This document shows, in pieces, positions 21,186-32,046 of a stretch of 64,000 nt of DNA. Both the position numbers and the translations under genes were made by a program. The stretch is from Phycisphaerae bacterium (GTDB taxonomy: Bacteria > Planctomycetota > Phycisphaerae > UBA1845 > Fen-1342). How positions within the stretch are numbered: the first letter of the stretch is position 1; each line of letters opens with the position of its first letter. The notes under the pieces are model-generated. The model did not search any database, was not told where the DNA came from, and saw nothing but the letters and a program-made list of their open reading frames with translations. The stretch spans positions 32,001 to 96,000 of the forward strand of contig CAXXWX010000023.1 in NCBI GenBank assembly GCA_963675745.2, in the 5' to 3' direction.

Positions 21186-22349
21186 ATGGACGAAAAGGTG
21201 ATTGTTCGCGACCAGTGCGTGTGCGGGCGGCGTTATCGCGTGCGCCATCCGCACGTGGGATTCACGTTTGCCTGCCCACAATGCCACCGGTCGATCACGA
21301 TCACCAGGGCCGATATAGAAATCGCCGAGCCCGACGTCGGAGATGCGCCGGTTTTCCACGAAGACCCCGAAGAACGCGTCCTGCTGGAGGCGATCCCGAT
21401 CGGTGATGACATCGTGCGCCTGGCTGATCACGGTGCCGGCAAAGGCCCCACCGGGCGAGTCGAGTACGAGACCGGCGAGGCAGCCGTCCTCGGCGCGCTC
21501 GGCGGAATCCCGCTGCTGAACGATGAGTCGGACATCGAAGACGCGCCGCGCTCAAAGCTGCGGCCCACCACGGCGCCCATCGAGCGACAGCGCACATTCC
21601 TGGAGGATCTCTGCGCAAGTTCCTACCTCGCCGGCGAACCCGGAAACCTCGTGAAGCTGGGCGTCACCGCCGCCGGCTGTGCCGTCACCTGGGCCTTCGG
21701 GCAGTTGTGGATCTCAGCGCTGGGCAACTTCCCCGGCGTTTTCATGTTTGGAATGCTGCTATATGCCGTCGCCGGGATTGCGGTGGCCATGTACGTCTTG
21801 CAGCTCTTCTGGCAGATAGTGGGCGAGACCGCGTCGGGTGAGGATGTGTTTTCGTGGGCGCCGAGCAACTGGGATCTGTGGAACAACCTGCTCCAGCCGG
21901 TCGGATGGCTGCTGACGATTACGATCCTGTGTGGCACGCCGCTATGGGCCGTAACCGCCTGGTGCCCGCCGATATATCCTGTCAAGCTATTGGCACAAGC
22001 GGCGGCCTTGCTGATCGGTTCGCTGTTTTGGCCGGTCGCGGTGATGTCCGTGTCGATCGGACAGTCGATTCTGTTCGTGCGGCCCGACTGGCTGATCCGC
22101 TGCATCATCGGCATCGGCCCCGTGTACGTGCTGCCGTGGGTGCTGGTGCTGGCCATGTTTGCGGCGTGGGGTGCATTTCTAGGCTTCAATCCGCCGGTGG
22201 ATCAGTTCGGCATGGCCGCGCTGCTGGTATATCTCACAGCCTACCCCCTGGCCGCCTGCCTCTGGCACATGTTCTTCGGCTACGTGACGTTTCGTACCAT
22301 GGGCCTGCTGTATCGCCACTTCTCAAAACGCTTTCCATGGGATCTATAG
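21186..22349 (+). CDS. Hypothetical membrane protein with N-terminal zinc ribbon
   Basis: CVCG...CPQC at the N-terminus; about 6 hydrophobic helices in the C-terminal half. Confidence 0.65.
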   Translation: MDEKVIVRDQCVCGRRYRVRHPHVGFTFACPQCHRSITITRADIEIAEPDVGDAPVFHEDPEERVLLEAIPIGDDIVRLADHGAGKGPTGRVEYETGEAAVLGALGGIPLLNDESDIEDAPRSKLRPTTAPIERQRTFLEDLCASSYLAGEPGNLVKLGVTAAGCAVTWAFGQLWISALGNFPGVFMFGMLLYAVAGIAVAMYVLQLFWQIVGETASGEDVFSWAPSNWDLWNNLLQPVGWLLTITILCGTPLWAVTAWCPPIYPVKLLAQAAALLIGSLFWPVAVMSVSIGQSILFVRPDWLIRCIIGIGPVYVLPWVLVLAMFAAWGAFLGFNPPVDQFGMAALLVYLTAYPLAACLWHMFFGYVTFRTMGLLYRHFSKRFPWDL

Positions 22350-22485
22350 CGGACGCCGGGTCGGCCCACGCCGCCGGGAGTCTTTCCGGTCCGGCCTCGG
22401 GCGCGTATAGTTAATTGTTCTGCGATGCGCGCGGCGCCCATGCAGACACGCGACGGATGCGACACGGAACTTGATTGGCTATTCC

Positions 22486-24559
22486 ATGGACGACTTATCG
22501 AAGCTACGAAACATCGGCATCGCCGCTCACATCGATGCCGGCAAGACGACCACCACCGAGCGCGTGCTGTATTACAGCGGCACGACGCACAAGATGGGCG
22601 AGGTCGACGACGGCACGACGATCACCGATTTCGATACCGAGGAGCAGCAGCGCGGCATCACGATCTACAGCGCGGCGGTGTCGTTTGACTGGCGGGACTG
22701 CCGAGTCAACCTGATCGATACGCCTGGGCACGTCGACTTCACGGCGGAGGTTGAGCGGGCCCTGCGGGTTCTCGACGGCGCCGTCGTGGTGTTCGACGCC
22801 AAAGAAGGCGTGGAGGCCCAGTCGGAGACGGTCTGGCGCCAGGCGAACAAGTACAAAGTCCCCCGGCTATGCCTGATCAACAAGATGGACAAGACCGGAG
22901 CGGATTTCTACCACGCGCTGGCCACGGTGCGCGCCCGCTTAGGCGCAAACCCCATCGCCGTCCATATGCCCATCGGGTACGAAAGCAGCTTTCACGGCTT
23001 TGTCGATCTGATCACGATGAAAATGGTGACGTGCGAGGCGGGCACGGATGGGCGCAAGTTCTCGGTCAGCGACATACCGGCGGAATTGCTGGACCAGGCT
23101 CGGCAGCAGCGCACGATCATGGAGGAAAAGGTCGCCGAGATTGATGAAGCCCTGATGCACAAGTACGTCGAGGGTGAGCCGCTCGAAGACGACGAAATCA
23201 GGGCGGCCCTGCGGCGCGGAACACTGAGTCTCGAATGCCAGCCCACCTTCTGTGGCTCGGCGTTGAAGTACATTGGCATTCAGGCCGTGCTCGATGGAGT
23301 GTGTGATTTTCTGCCGTCGCCGCTGGATGTCCCGCCGGTAACCGGGCACGACCCCGAGAAACCGGACAAAATCCTGTCGCGCAAATGCGATCCGGGCGAG
23401 CCGCTGGCGGCGCTGGTGTTCAAGATAGTCGCCGACTCGCACAGCGACCTGCACTTCATTCGCGTGTATTCGGGCAAGCTCAAGGCCGGCTCGCGCGTGC
23501 GCAACGTTCGTACGCAGAAGAAGGAAAACGTCCCCACGCTCTATCGCATCTTCGCAAAACGCCGCGAGCAGGTGAAGGAGGTCGGTCCGGGCGAGATTGT
23601 GGCCGCTGTCGGGCTGAAGGGCTCGTTGACCGGCGACACGCTGTGCGACAACCGCGGCGCGGTGCTGTTGGAGCAGATCGAGTTTCCCGAGACGGTGATC
23701 AGCATGGCGATCGAGCCCAAACTGACCACTGACCGTGACAAGCTGGTGACCGCGCTGGACCTGCTCTCGCGCAGCGACCCCACGTTTGAATATCGCGACA
23801 ACCCCGAGACCAGCCAAACGCTGATTTCAGGAATGGGCGAACTGCACCTCGAAGTGATGTGTCACCGCCTGGCGCGCGACATGAACGTCCCCGTCCGCAT
23901 CGGCAGGCCGCGCGTCGCATACCGCGAAACGGTCAAGGGCCGCGGGGAGGCTGTCGGACAACTCGTCCGGCAGGCCGGCGGGCGCAGCCAGTTTGCGGTC
24001 GTAAAGCTGCGCGTCGAGCCGTTTGAGCCCGAGCCCGGCCAGGAAGCATTTCCAGTTCGTAAACGAACTGCCCGCCGACACAATCCGCAGCGTCTTCCTG
24101 CCGCCGATCGCTCAGGCCGTGCGCGATGTGGCCCGCAGTGGCCCGCTGGGTTCCTATCCGCTGATCAACGTGCGCGCGACGCTGATCGGCGCCGAAGAAC
24201 GCCCCGACGAGTCATCGGAGATCGCGTTTGAGAGCGCGGCGACAATGGCGTTTAACAAGGCGGTCGAAGCCGCCGGCCCCGTATTGCTCGAGCCAATCAT
24301 GAAGATCGAAGTTGTAACGCCCGAGGATTACTTCGGCGCTATCAACGGCGATCTGATGACGCGCCGGGCGGTGATTACGGCGACGACCATGCGCGGCCAG
24401 AATCACGTAATCTCGGCCGAGGCCCCCTTGAGCACGATGTTCGGCTACGCGACGCAGATTCGCTCGCTATCGCAAGGGCGAGCATCGTACGCCATGGAGC
24501 CCAGCCGCTACGAAGCCATGCCGCCCGATCTCGCACAGAAGGCGCTCGGCATCATGTAG
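22486..24559 (+). CDS. fusA: Elongation factor G (stand-alone copy); apparent +1 frameshift near 24045
   Basis: RNIGIAAHIDAGKTT, RGITI, DTPGHVDF, NKMD, GMGELHLE, PRVAYRET in frame 1; continues as FQFVNE...LLEPIMKIEV...MFGYATQIRSLSQGRA in ORF 24023-24559. Confidence 0.92.
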
Positions 24560-24594
24560 GCGTCGCGGCGGACATCGCGCTGGAGAGTCAGGCA

Positions 24595-25816
24595 ATGGTC
24601 ACGGAACTCGCGCAGGAGTCATGGCGCCTGCCGCCGCTGGATCCATCCGAGTGCGGCCCGCTGGCGGATTTCCCACGGCTGTCAGACGCGGAGAAGCACG
24701 CCGTCTGGGACGCATATGCCGAGGGTAATCCGACACGCGTGCCCGTCACGCTGGGGCTCAACAACCGCGTGTTCGTGTTGGAACAGGCATACAACGTTGA
24801 GGGGCTGACCTACGAGAGCATCTTCTCCGACGCGGAGGCCATGCTGATCGCGCAGTTGCGCGCGAATTACCTCGTGCGCTGCCGCCATCACCTCTTCTGC
24901 GATTTGCCGACCGAGCTGCCCGAGTCCTGGGAAGTGTCGCCTTATTTCCAGAACGTCTACGAGTCGGCCGCGTTTGGCGCGCCGATTTCCTGCGGCGCGA
25001 ATGACGTGCCCGCCGCCACGCCGAACCTCGATGACGATAACAAGCACTTCGGTCTTTGACGTGGATATTGACCACCCGCTTGAACTCGGCGTGTACAAGA
25101 CCGGCATCGAGATGACGCATGCGATGCGGAAGATCGCCGACAGCCTGACGTTCTTCGGCCGTCCGATCGAGGTGCGGCCCTACGCGGAGCTGGTCAGCGA
25201 CGGGCCGCTGACAAACGCCTTGAATCTGCGCGGCGCGGGCATCTTCCGTGATCTGAAGCGTGACCCGGAATACGCCCACCAGTTGTTTGATTTCATCGTG
25301 GAAGCGGGGATCAAGCGCGTGCGCGCGTTTCTTGAACACTGGGACCTGCCGGAACCCGACCAGGTTTGGTTCGCCGACGATGCCGTCGCAAACATCGGCA
25401 CCGAGCAATACCGCGAGTTTGTGCTGCCCTACCACCGCAAATGGTATAACGCGCTGGACCCGCGGCGGGACAGGATTCGCGGGATGCACCTGTGCGGCGA
25501 CGCGACGCGCCACTTCAAGCTGATACGCGATGAGCTGGGCATCAGCGCGTTCGACACAGGTTACCCGGTTGACTTCGGCGCGCTGCGCCGGGAGTTGGGA
25601 CCGCGTGTCGAGATTGCCGGCGGTGTGGAAGTGCCGCTGCTCATGGGCGCGACGCCCGGCGAGGTTTACGATCGCACGACGGCAATCCTGTCATCGGGAG
25701 TCTGCGAGGGCGACCGGTTCATCCTGCGCGAAGGCAACAACCTGCCTCCCGGTGTTCCCTGGGCCAACCTGGCGGCCATGTACAAGGCGGCCTTCGACTT
25801 CGGCGCAGCGGGCTGA
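24595..25816 (+). CDS. Uroporphyrinogen decarboxylase family protein; apparent +1 frameshift near 25045
   Basis: Two overlapping ORFs join; GPLTNALNLRG, ADDA, YREFVLPYH, MHLCGD, FILREGNNLPPG..NLAAMY. Confidence 0.75.
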
Positions 25817-25818
25817 TC

Positions 25819-27324
25819 ATGCGCCCCGCCGGCACCGGTCCTCATTCGGAAACCACTTCCGCGAAAGCGGCGGAGGTGACGCCCGCCTGGAGTCGCTGGG
25901 CCGCGTGCGTGGTGTTCGCCGGCGCGGTTTGGATGGCGTTCGTTGCGTTTCGACACCTGGGGGCCGAGTTTACGCTGGCCAAGCCGTGGGCGATGCTGAT
26001 CGAGCTGGCCATCGGCCTGATCGTGGTGCCTCCCGCACTGCGGACGTTTCGCGGCGCGGCGCGCTCGGATCGGCCGGCCGAGCCGGTGTTCCTGGTCGTG
26101 TGTATCGCCGTTTTCGCAGTCACCCGTCTGCTCATGCTGCGCCTGATCCCGACGCTGCCCACCTCGGACTTCGCGGCCTATCACGATCTCGCTCAATTGC
26201 TGGCAAGCGGCGCGCCGCTCCCACCAGATGGCGCGCGTCCGCTGTTTTTCGCCTGGGGCTACTCGTTGTTGCTCGCGCCGTGGTATGCCGTGCTCGGCGA
26301 TGGGTTGATTGTCGCCAAGCTGCTCAACCTCGCCGCGGGTATCGCCGCATTGCTGCTGCTCTATCCGCTGGCGAAAGCGGCCGGCGGAATGGCGGTCGGG
26401 CGCGGCGCGGTGATTCTGTATATTCTCTGGCCCGCGCAGCTTTTTCTGACACCCGTGCTGGCCTCAGAGCACTGCGCGCTGTTGTTCTGCCTGGCGGGCC
26501 TGCTATGTGCGCTGGCGGTGATCCAGCGTCAGCGGAACGTGGGGCTGTCACTCGTCGGCGGTTTGAGCCTGGGTTTGGCATGTGTGCTGCGTCCGGCCCT
26601 CGGCGTCGTTCTGCCGGTCACCCTGCTTGTGATCTTGACGTACACGCCGCGCCGGCGCGCGGCGCTGGTTGCCGTCGGCGTGTGGGTGATCGCATTTGCC
26701 GGAATCCAGGCGGGATGTCGCGGTTATGTCCAGTCCGTATATCAGCGCTGGCCGCCCACGGTCGCCTGGTGGAATCTGATGGCGGGTATGAGCTACGAGG
26801 CGCGCGGCCAATGGAACCAGCCGGATGCCGACGCGTTTTTCTCCCGCGCAACACCCGCCCTGCGCGACCGGTTCGCGCGCACACAGATATTTCATCGCGC
26901 CGCACACCTGGGCTGGCGCTGGCCCAATCACATCCGCCGTAAGCTCGAATTGTTGTGGGGCGACAATTACTACGGCCTCTGGTGGGCGACGCGCGAACTG
27001 GGCGACACACCAACGCGCCCGTGGCTCGAAAGCCAGTTGCCGCGGCTGTTCACGTGGTCGCAGATGCTGCACCTGGCCAGCGTCATTTTGTGCGCGCGGG
27101 GGCTCTACCTTGCGTTTCGCCGACCGCACGGCGCCGCCGTCACGCTGATGCTGCTTTTAATACTCAGCGGCACGGCGTTGCACGGCGTGTTCGAAACACA
27201 ATCACGCTACAGCCACGTGTTTGCCATCGGGGCACTGCTCTTCGCGGCAATGGGATTGGTCGGCACACCCCCAACGCAGTGCCCCGAGCATCGGCGACGG
27301 GGCGATCAGCAGTCTGAGTGTTAG
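25819..27324 (+). CDS. GT-C fold (GT39/ArnT-like) membrane glycosyltransferase
   Basis: About 11 TM helices; SDFAAYH, WGYSLLLA, LASEH, LRP, ETQSRY motifs. Confidence 0.65.
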   Translation: MRPAGTGPHSETTSAKAAEVTPAWSRWAACVVFAGAVWMAFVAFRHLGAEFTLAKPWAMLIELAIGLIVVPPALRTFRGAARSDRPAEPVFLVVCIAVFAVTRLLMLRLIPTLPTSDFAAYHDLAQLLASGAPLPPDGARPLFFAWGYSLLLAPWYAVLGDGLIVAKLLNLAAGIAALLLLYPLAKAAGGMAVGRGAVILYILWPAQLFLTPVLASEHCALLFCLAGLLCALAVIQRQRNVGLSLVGGLSLGLACVLRPALGVVLPVTLLVILTYTPRRRAALVAVGVWVIAFAGIQAGCRGYVQSVYQRWPPTVAWWNLMAGMSYEARGQWNQPDADAFFSRATPALRDRFARTQIFHRAAHLGWRWPNHIRRKLELLWGDNYYGLWWATRELGDTPTRPWLESQLPRLFTWSQMLHLASVILCARGLYLAFRRPHGAAVTLMLLLILSGTALHGVFETQSRYSHVFAIGALLFAAMGLVGTPPTQCPEHRRRGDQQSEC

Positions 27325-27395
27325 CTACGGGCCGAACGCACGATGGCACCGCGCCGGTCGCTCACGCTTGCGGTTCTGCTCAGCCGCTGCTCTTG

Positions 27396-27434
27396 AGCCG
27401 GGTGCCACATGCCGACGGCCGTTTGCGTCGGCAT
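27396..27434. repeat. REP-like palindrome; inverted near-identical copy at 36745-36781
   Basis: agccgggtgccacatgccgacggccgtttgcgtcggcat versus the reverse complement of 36745-36781, agccgggtgccatgccgacggctgtttgcgtcggcat. Confidence 0.7.
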
Positions 27435-27595
27435 ACGGAGACCCCAAGCTGCTCGACCATGGGGGCGGTCCCACCGAACGAAAAAGTCCACAAGCGCGTC
27501 GATGTCGCCGCTGCTCTCGAGCAGTACGATAGCCGGACTGGTGCCGCAGAAGGCACTGCTTGAGAGCAGTGGCACACCGCGCCGGTCGTCGTGTG

Positions 27596-28840
27596 CTATT
27601 CCTCATCGTCGCGATGGGCGAATGGCGGCGGTGAGAGCAACATCGGGCGGCGCTGCGCGACGTTCAGCAGTAGACCCAGCGCGATGAAATTCGCCCACAG
27701 GCTGCTGCCGCCGGCGCTGACGAACGGCAGCGTCATGCCGGTGATCGGGGCCTGGCCGATGGTCATACACATGTTGAGCAGGGCCTGCGCCACGATCATG
27801 ACTATCACGCCGATGGCCAGCAGCCGTCCGAACGGGTCGTTGGTTACCAGCGAGACCTCCGTGCCAAACAGCACAATCACGCCGTAGGCTAGGATCACCA
27901 GCAGACAGCCCAGCAGCCCCCACTGGTGACCGATGATGGCGAAGATGAAGTCGTTATGCTCTTCGGGGAGGAGCTCGTGCTCGATGAATACGCCGTGGCC
28001 GAACCCCTGGCCGAAGATGCCGCCGGTGCCCAGCGCGATCTTCGACTGCCGTAACTGGTAACCCTGGTCCATGTGCCAGCGTTCGTCGTCGATACCTTGC
28101 TTGAACACGACCTGAATGCGCTGCCGTTGATAGTCCTTCATTCCCCAGAAATAAAACGCCGGCAGACAGGCGGCTCCGACAACGATAATCAACGCCAGGT
28201 GCCGCAAACGCGCGCCGGCGACGAACAGCATCGCGAACAGCACCGGCAGCAGCATCAGCAGTGTGCCCAGGTCCGGCTGCCGGAGGATCAGCAGCATCGG
28301 TCCTAGCGTGAGCAGAAAAGGCGGGATCAGTCCCGGCAACCGCCGATACGAACTGCGAAAACGCAGGTAGCGGGCGAGCGCCAGGATCAGCGCCGGCTTC
28401 ATGAACTCGGACGGCTGAATCGATATCAACCCGCCAAACTCGATCCAGCGCCGCGTGTTTCTGCGCACCGGGATCATGGGCAGATCGAAGTGACGATCGA
28501 TGACCAAAAGCAGCAGCAGAAAGATGACAATGCCGTAAATGAGAAACGCATAGCGTCCAATCTTCTGATAGCTCGGTACGAGCGTGATCAGCATGAGCGC
28601 GATGCCCGTTACAAAGTAGATCCCCTGGCGCACGGTGGTGCGTTGGAGCGCCGCTTTCAGGCCGGCACTCGCCGTCACGTCGCCATCTCCATCGGTGCGT
28701 GTCTGGACAACCGGCTCGGTTGCGTCGCGCGTGCGGTCTGTGGCATCGATGGCAAACAGGCCCACGGTGGTCAGAAAGAGCACCGGCAGGGCCACCGCCC
28801 ACCCGAGTCGCGTCAAGTTCAGAGAAGAGCGTGGAGGCAT
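27596..28840 (-). CDS. rodA: Rod shape-determining SEDS glycosyltransferase RodA
   Basis: RRWI, QPSEFMK, QPDLGT, YQRQRI, GYQLRQSKIALGTGG, LPEEHNDFIFA, TGMTLPFVSAGGSS; downstream of mrdA. Confidence 0.92.
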   Translation of the reverse strand: MPPRSSLNLTRLGWAVALPVLFLTTVGLFAIDATDRTRDATEPVVQTRTDGDGDVTASAGLKAALQRTTVRQGIYFVTGIALMLITLVPSYQKIGRYAFLIYGIVIFLLLLLVIDRHFDLPMIPVRRNTRRWIEFGGLISIQPSEFMKPALILALARYLRFRSSYRRLPGLIPPFLLTLGPMLLILRQPDLGTLLMLLPVLFAMLFVAGARLRHLALIIVVGAACLPAFYFWGMKDYQRQRIQVVFKQGIDDERWHMDQGYQLRQSKIALGTGGIFGQGFGHGVFIEHELLPEEHNDFIFAIIGHQWGLLGCLLVILAYGVIVLFGTEVSLVTNDPFGRLLAIGVIVMIVAQALLNMCMTIGQAPITGMTLPFVSAGGSSLWANFIALGLLLNVAQRRPMLLSPPPFAHRDDEE

Positions 28841-28848
28841 TGGAAAGA

Positions 28849-28946
28849 AGTTGTCAGTTGGCAGTTGGCAGTTGTCAGTTGGCAGTTGTCAGTTGGCAGT
28901 TGTCAGTTGGCAGTTATCAGTTGGCAGTTATTAGTGGTCGGTGGTC
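28849..28946. repeat. Tandem heptamer array (AGTTGGC/AGTTGTC), 12 units plus 2 degenerate
   Basis: Directly readable 7-bp periodicity filling almost the entire mrdA-rodA intergenic space. Confidence 0.95.
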
Positions 28947-28955
28947 TGCTGTCGG

Positions 28956-31085
28956 CTAGGGCTCCTGTTGGTTTTCCAGTATCCATTCCGCGATCTGTTT
29001 GCCTACTGGCGATGCGACGCGTCCGCCGCTGCCGCCTAGCTCGATAACCACGCTGATGGCGTAGCTTCGGCCCGTCGGGCGCTCACCGCGAGGCGTGGCT
29101 TTCGGCTGGGTAAAGCCCATGAACCAGGCGTGCGTGGCCAACTCGCCGGGCAAGACATCTGGGAAGCGCTCGTAGGCGCGCCAGCCGACGACCTCGGGTT
29201 TGGGCTCGTCAAACTGTGCCAGCGCGTCAGGCTTGGTAGGGGCGATGACCTCCTCACGGCGGCCATCCGGCCACTGCACGGTGAACTTACGGCTGATGAT
29301 CAACGGCGGCGTCTGTGCCGAGCCGGTCTTGCCGCACAACTCGTATTGCGGGTCGTCGATCTTCGCGAACTTGGCGGTGCCGCTGTCATTTACGACGCGC
29401 CACATGCCGCGGCGCAGCACGCGCACGGCGCTCTCGTCAAACTGGATCGGCGCCGCGTCAACCGGGTTGATCCAGTTTCCCTCGGCGTCGTATACCAGCC
29501 GCACCGGCTCCCAGCGCCCACTCGCGATCGACGCGGCCACGTTGGCGACTTGCAGCGGCGTTGCGTTTACCTCACCCTGGCCAATCGCCCAGTTCCACGG
29601 GTCGGCAGGCTGCGCTTCCGGCGCGGAGGGCCGGTGGCGCGCCAACCACTCTGCATCCGGACAGACACCCGCCGTCTCCTCGATCAGGCCCGTGCCGGCC
29701 GTGCGGCCGAAACCGAACTGCGAAAACCAGTGGCACAGCCGATCGGCACCCAGCCGGCCGCCCACCTTGAAGAAGTAGATATTGCACGAGTTGCGGATGG
29801 CCGTCTCGGCGTCCTGCGGCCCGTGCATGCGCCGATACTGCTTGTAGTACCAGCAGCGAAACCGGTCCGGCCGGGCCGGCAGGAGAAACCCCGTGCAGTT
29901 GATGGTCTCGGTCGGCGCGATCTTGTGATCAGACAGACCGCCGACCAGCGTGATCGCCTTACACGTCGATCCCGGCGGATACGCCTTCTGCACAGCCCGA
30001 AACAGCGTTGGCAGACGACGCGTATCCTGTCGCAGACGCGTGTACTCCTCGCGAAACGTGTCGTAGTGATAGCCGGGATAGCTGGCCAGCGCCAAGACCT
30101 CGCGCGTCGCGACGTCAATGACAACCGCCGACGCGCCGGCCTTGGCCGGCAGATCACTGTCTTCGACGGCGGCGCGCAGCAACTCGGTAACCTGCGCCTG
30201 CGTCTCGCCGTCAATCGTCAGGTAAACGTCGGTACCGCGCACCGGCTCGATGCGCCCCAGTTCACCGCCCGCGTAGTCAACCTCGATGCGCCCGCGCGTG
30301 CCGCGCAGCTCGGTCTCGGCCAAACGCTCGACCCCCGACACGCCGCAAGACTGCCCCGGCCGCAGCGCGCGCAGCTCATCATCGCGAAGCGAGTCGTTTG
30401 CGATCATCTCGGCACTGGCTTGGCCGGTACGGCCCAGAATGTGACAGAACGCGTCGGCATCGTGCGACAGGCGCCTTGAAGACGGCACGATCGCCAGCCA
30501 CGGATAGTGGTCGAGCTCTAGCCGCGCGGCCAGCACCGTCTCCTCATCGATCCCGGTCAGCACCGGGTGAAACCAGGTTTCCTCCAGGATGCGCTGGCGC
30601 CGCCCCGCGTGTGCCTCGACGTTACGGCGAATCAGCTCGACGCGGCGCCGCAAAGCCTCCGCCCGCTCGACCACCTCGCCGGCGGGCAGACCGGTGAGCG
30701 CTTCGATCTCCTGCCACATGGCGCTTATGTCACGCTGGAGCTTCGCGACAATGTCGTCAGTCTTCATCGACGTCGGATAGTCGCCACGCTCGCGCAGGCC
30801 GCGCGCCACGCGCCGCAGATAGCTCTCTCGATTCGTAAACGTCAGAACCTCATATCGAACGCTGATGTCAAAGGCGGGCTCGTCGGTCAGCAGTGGCCGG
30901 CCCCGGCGATCGTAGATGCCCCCGCGCGGCGCCGGCAGGTCGGTCGGCTTCTGAGTCAGGATGCGCGCGGCGAGGGCGTCAAACTCGGCCGCCCGCACCA
31001 CCTGCAACTCGCCCAGCCGCAGCGCAATCACGACGGCCAGCGCCGTAAGAATCGCCAGAAACCATGCCAGCCTTCTGCGGTACAT
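28956..31085 (-). CDS. mrdA: Penicillin-binding protein 2 (class B transpeptidase)
   Basis: N-terminal TM, APRGGIYDR, GVSGVE, STCK (SxxK), SCN (SxN), AIGQG, KTGSAQ, HAWFMG; upstream of rodA. Confidence 0.9.
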   Translation of the reverse strand: MYRRRLAWFLAILTALAVVIALRLGELQVVRAAEFDALAARILTQKPTDLPAPRGGIYDRRGRPLLTDEPAFDISVRYEVLTFTNRESYLRRVARGLRERGDYPTSMKTDDIVAKLQRDISAMWQEIEALTGLPAGEVVERAEALRRRVELIRRNVEAHAGRRQRILEETWFHPVLTGIDEETVLAARLELDHYPWLAIVPSSRRLSHDADAFCHILGRTGQASAEMIANDSLRDDELRALRPGQSCGVSGVERLAETELRGTRGRIEVDYAGGELGRIEPVRGTDVYLTIDGETQAQVTELLRAAVEDSDLPAKAGASAVVIDVATREVLALASYPGYHYDTFREEYTRLRQDTRRLPTLFRAVQKAYPPGSTCKAITLVGGLSDHKIAPTETINCTGFLLPARPDRFRCWYYKQYRRMHGPQDAETAIRNSCNIYFFKVGGRLGADRLCHWFSQFGFGRTAGTGLIEETAGVCPDAEWLARHRPSAPEAQPADPWNWAIGQGEVNATPLQVANVAASIASGRWEPVRLVYDAEGNWINPVDAAPIQFDESAVRVLRRGMWRVVNDSGTAKFAKIDDPQYELCGKTGSAQTPPLIISRKFTVQWPDGRREEVIAPTKPDALAQFDEPKPEVVGWRAYERFPDVLPGELATHAWFMGFTQPKATPRGERPTGRSYAISVVIELGGSGGRVASPVGKQIAEWILENQQEP

Positions 31086-31122
31086 TCGTGACGCTCGCTA
31101 TCCTCTCGCGGCGCCGCCGCGA

Positions 31123-31794
31123 TTATCGCCTTGCGACGTTGACCAGCACCGGCGTCAATACGTTCATCTTGTGCTGATGCAGATCCTGAAAGCCCGCCTG
31201 CTCGATCATGCGTCGAACTTCGTGCCATTTGGCATGCCGCACGTGGCGCTCGATGTTGGCCACGAACAGCTCGAAGATGATCCAGCCAATGATGTTGTCT
31301 CGAAATCCGTCGAGCAGCAGCAACAGACCGCCCGGCCGCAACACTCGGTAAAACTCGCTGATTGCCCGCTCCGGATGCGGGTAGTGGTGAAACGAATTGC
31401 AGCATGTAACCACGTCAAAGCCGGAATCATCAACCGGCAGGTGCTCGGCGTCACCCTGGATCGCCGAGAGCTTGTCGCTGGTTTCAAGCCGCGCGAACTT
31501 GTCGGAAGCCTGGGCCACCATCGCACCGGAGTAGTCCAGGCCGACCAGTCGCTGTGCGTGGGGAAGCCGCGACAGCAGCGCCAGCAACGTGCCGGTGCCA
31601 CAGCCGATGTCGAGCGCACTGAACGGGGCCGGGCCGCGGCGCTGTTGCCAGCGCAGGATGTGCTCCTGACAAGCACGCACACAGGGGAAGAACAGCAGTT
31701 CGTTCAACCATGAGCGATCGTACGACAGGGCCCACTTTTCGAACTGCCGCCGCGCGTGTGCCTTGGCCTCGGTTGAGGAAGCATGTGCGGGCAT
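31123..31794 (-). CDS. Class I SAM-dependent methyltransferase (UbiE-like)
   Basis: LDIGCGTG, GLDYS, GDAEHLP, FDVV, RVLRPGG. Confidence 0.85.
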   Translation of the reverse strand: MPAHASSTEAKAHARRQFEKWALSYDRSWLNELLFFPCVRACQEHILRWQQRRGPAPFSALDIGCGTGTLLALLSRLPHAQRLVGLDYSGAMVAQASDKFARLETSDKLSAIQGDAEHLPVDDSGFDVVTCCNSFHHYPHPERAISEFYRVLRPGGLLLLLDGFRDNIIGWIIFELFVANIERHVRHAKWHEVRRMIEQAGFQDLHQHKMNVLTPVLVNVARR

Positions 31795-32046
31795 GTAAGC
31801 GCCATCCCTAGCGTGATTGTCAATCAGTTTATGCACCTAGCGGCCGACGTTGCCGTCGGCCGTTTGGCCGGTAAGAAACCGTTCCACAATCAAGACTGTA
31901 CCAGCCATCGCCCGCGATCGTTCCAGACAGTTATCGCAAGCGCCACCTTGCATCGACCACACAGGGTAACGACACTATGCATGGTTGGAAACCGCAGCGC
32001 CACTTTCGGCGCGGCACGGCGCTATACACACCGCGGAGGCACGCCC

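Noticed and set aside
24030..24070. Programmed frameshift in fusA
   Set aside because: No slippery sequence or stimulatory structure; similar indels in unrelated genes favour sequencing error.
28849..28946. CRISPR array
   Set aside because: Contiguous 7-bp units with no unique spacers and no cas genes.
28490..29047. ORFs with SWQLAVVSWQLSVGS repeats
   Set aside because: Translations of the AGTTGGC array, antisense to mrdA and rodA.
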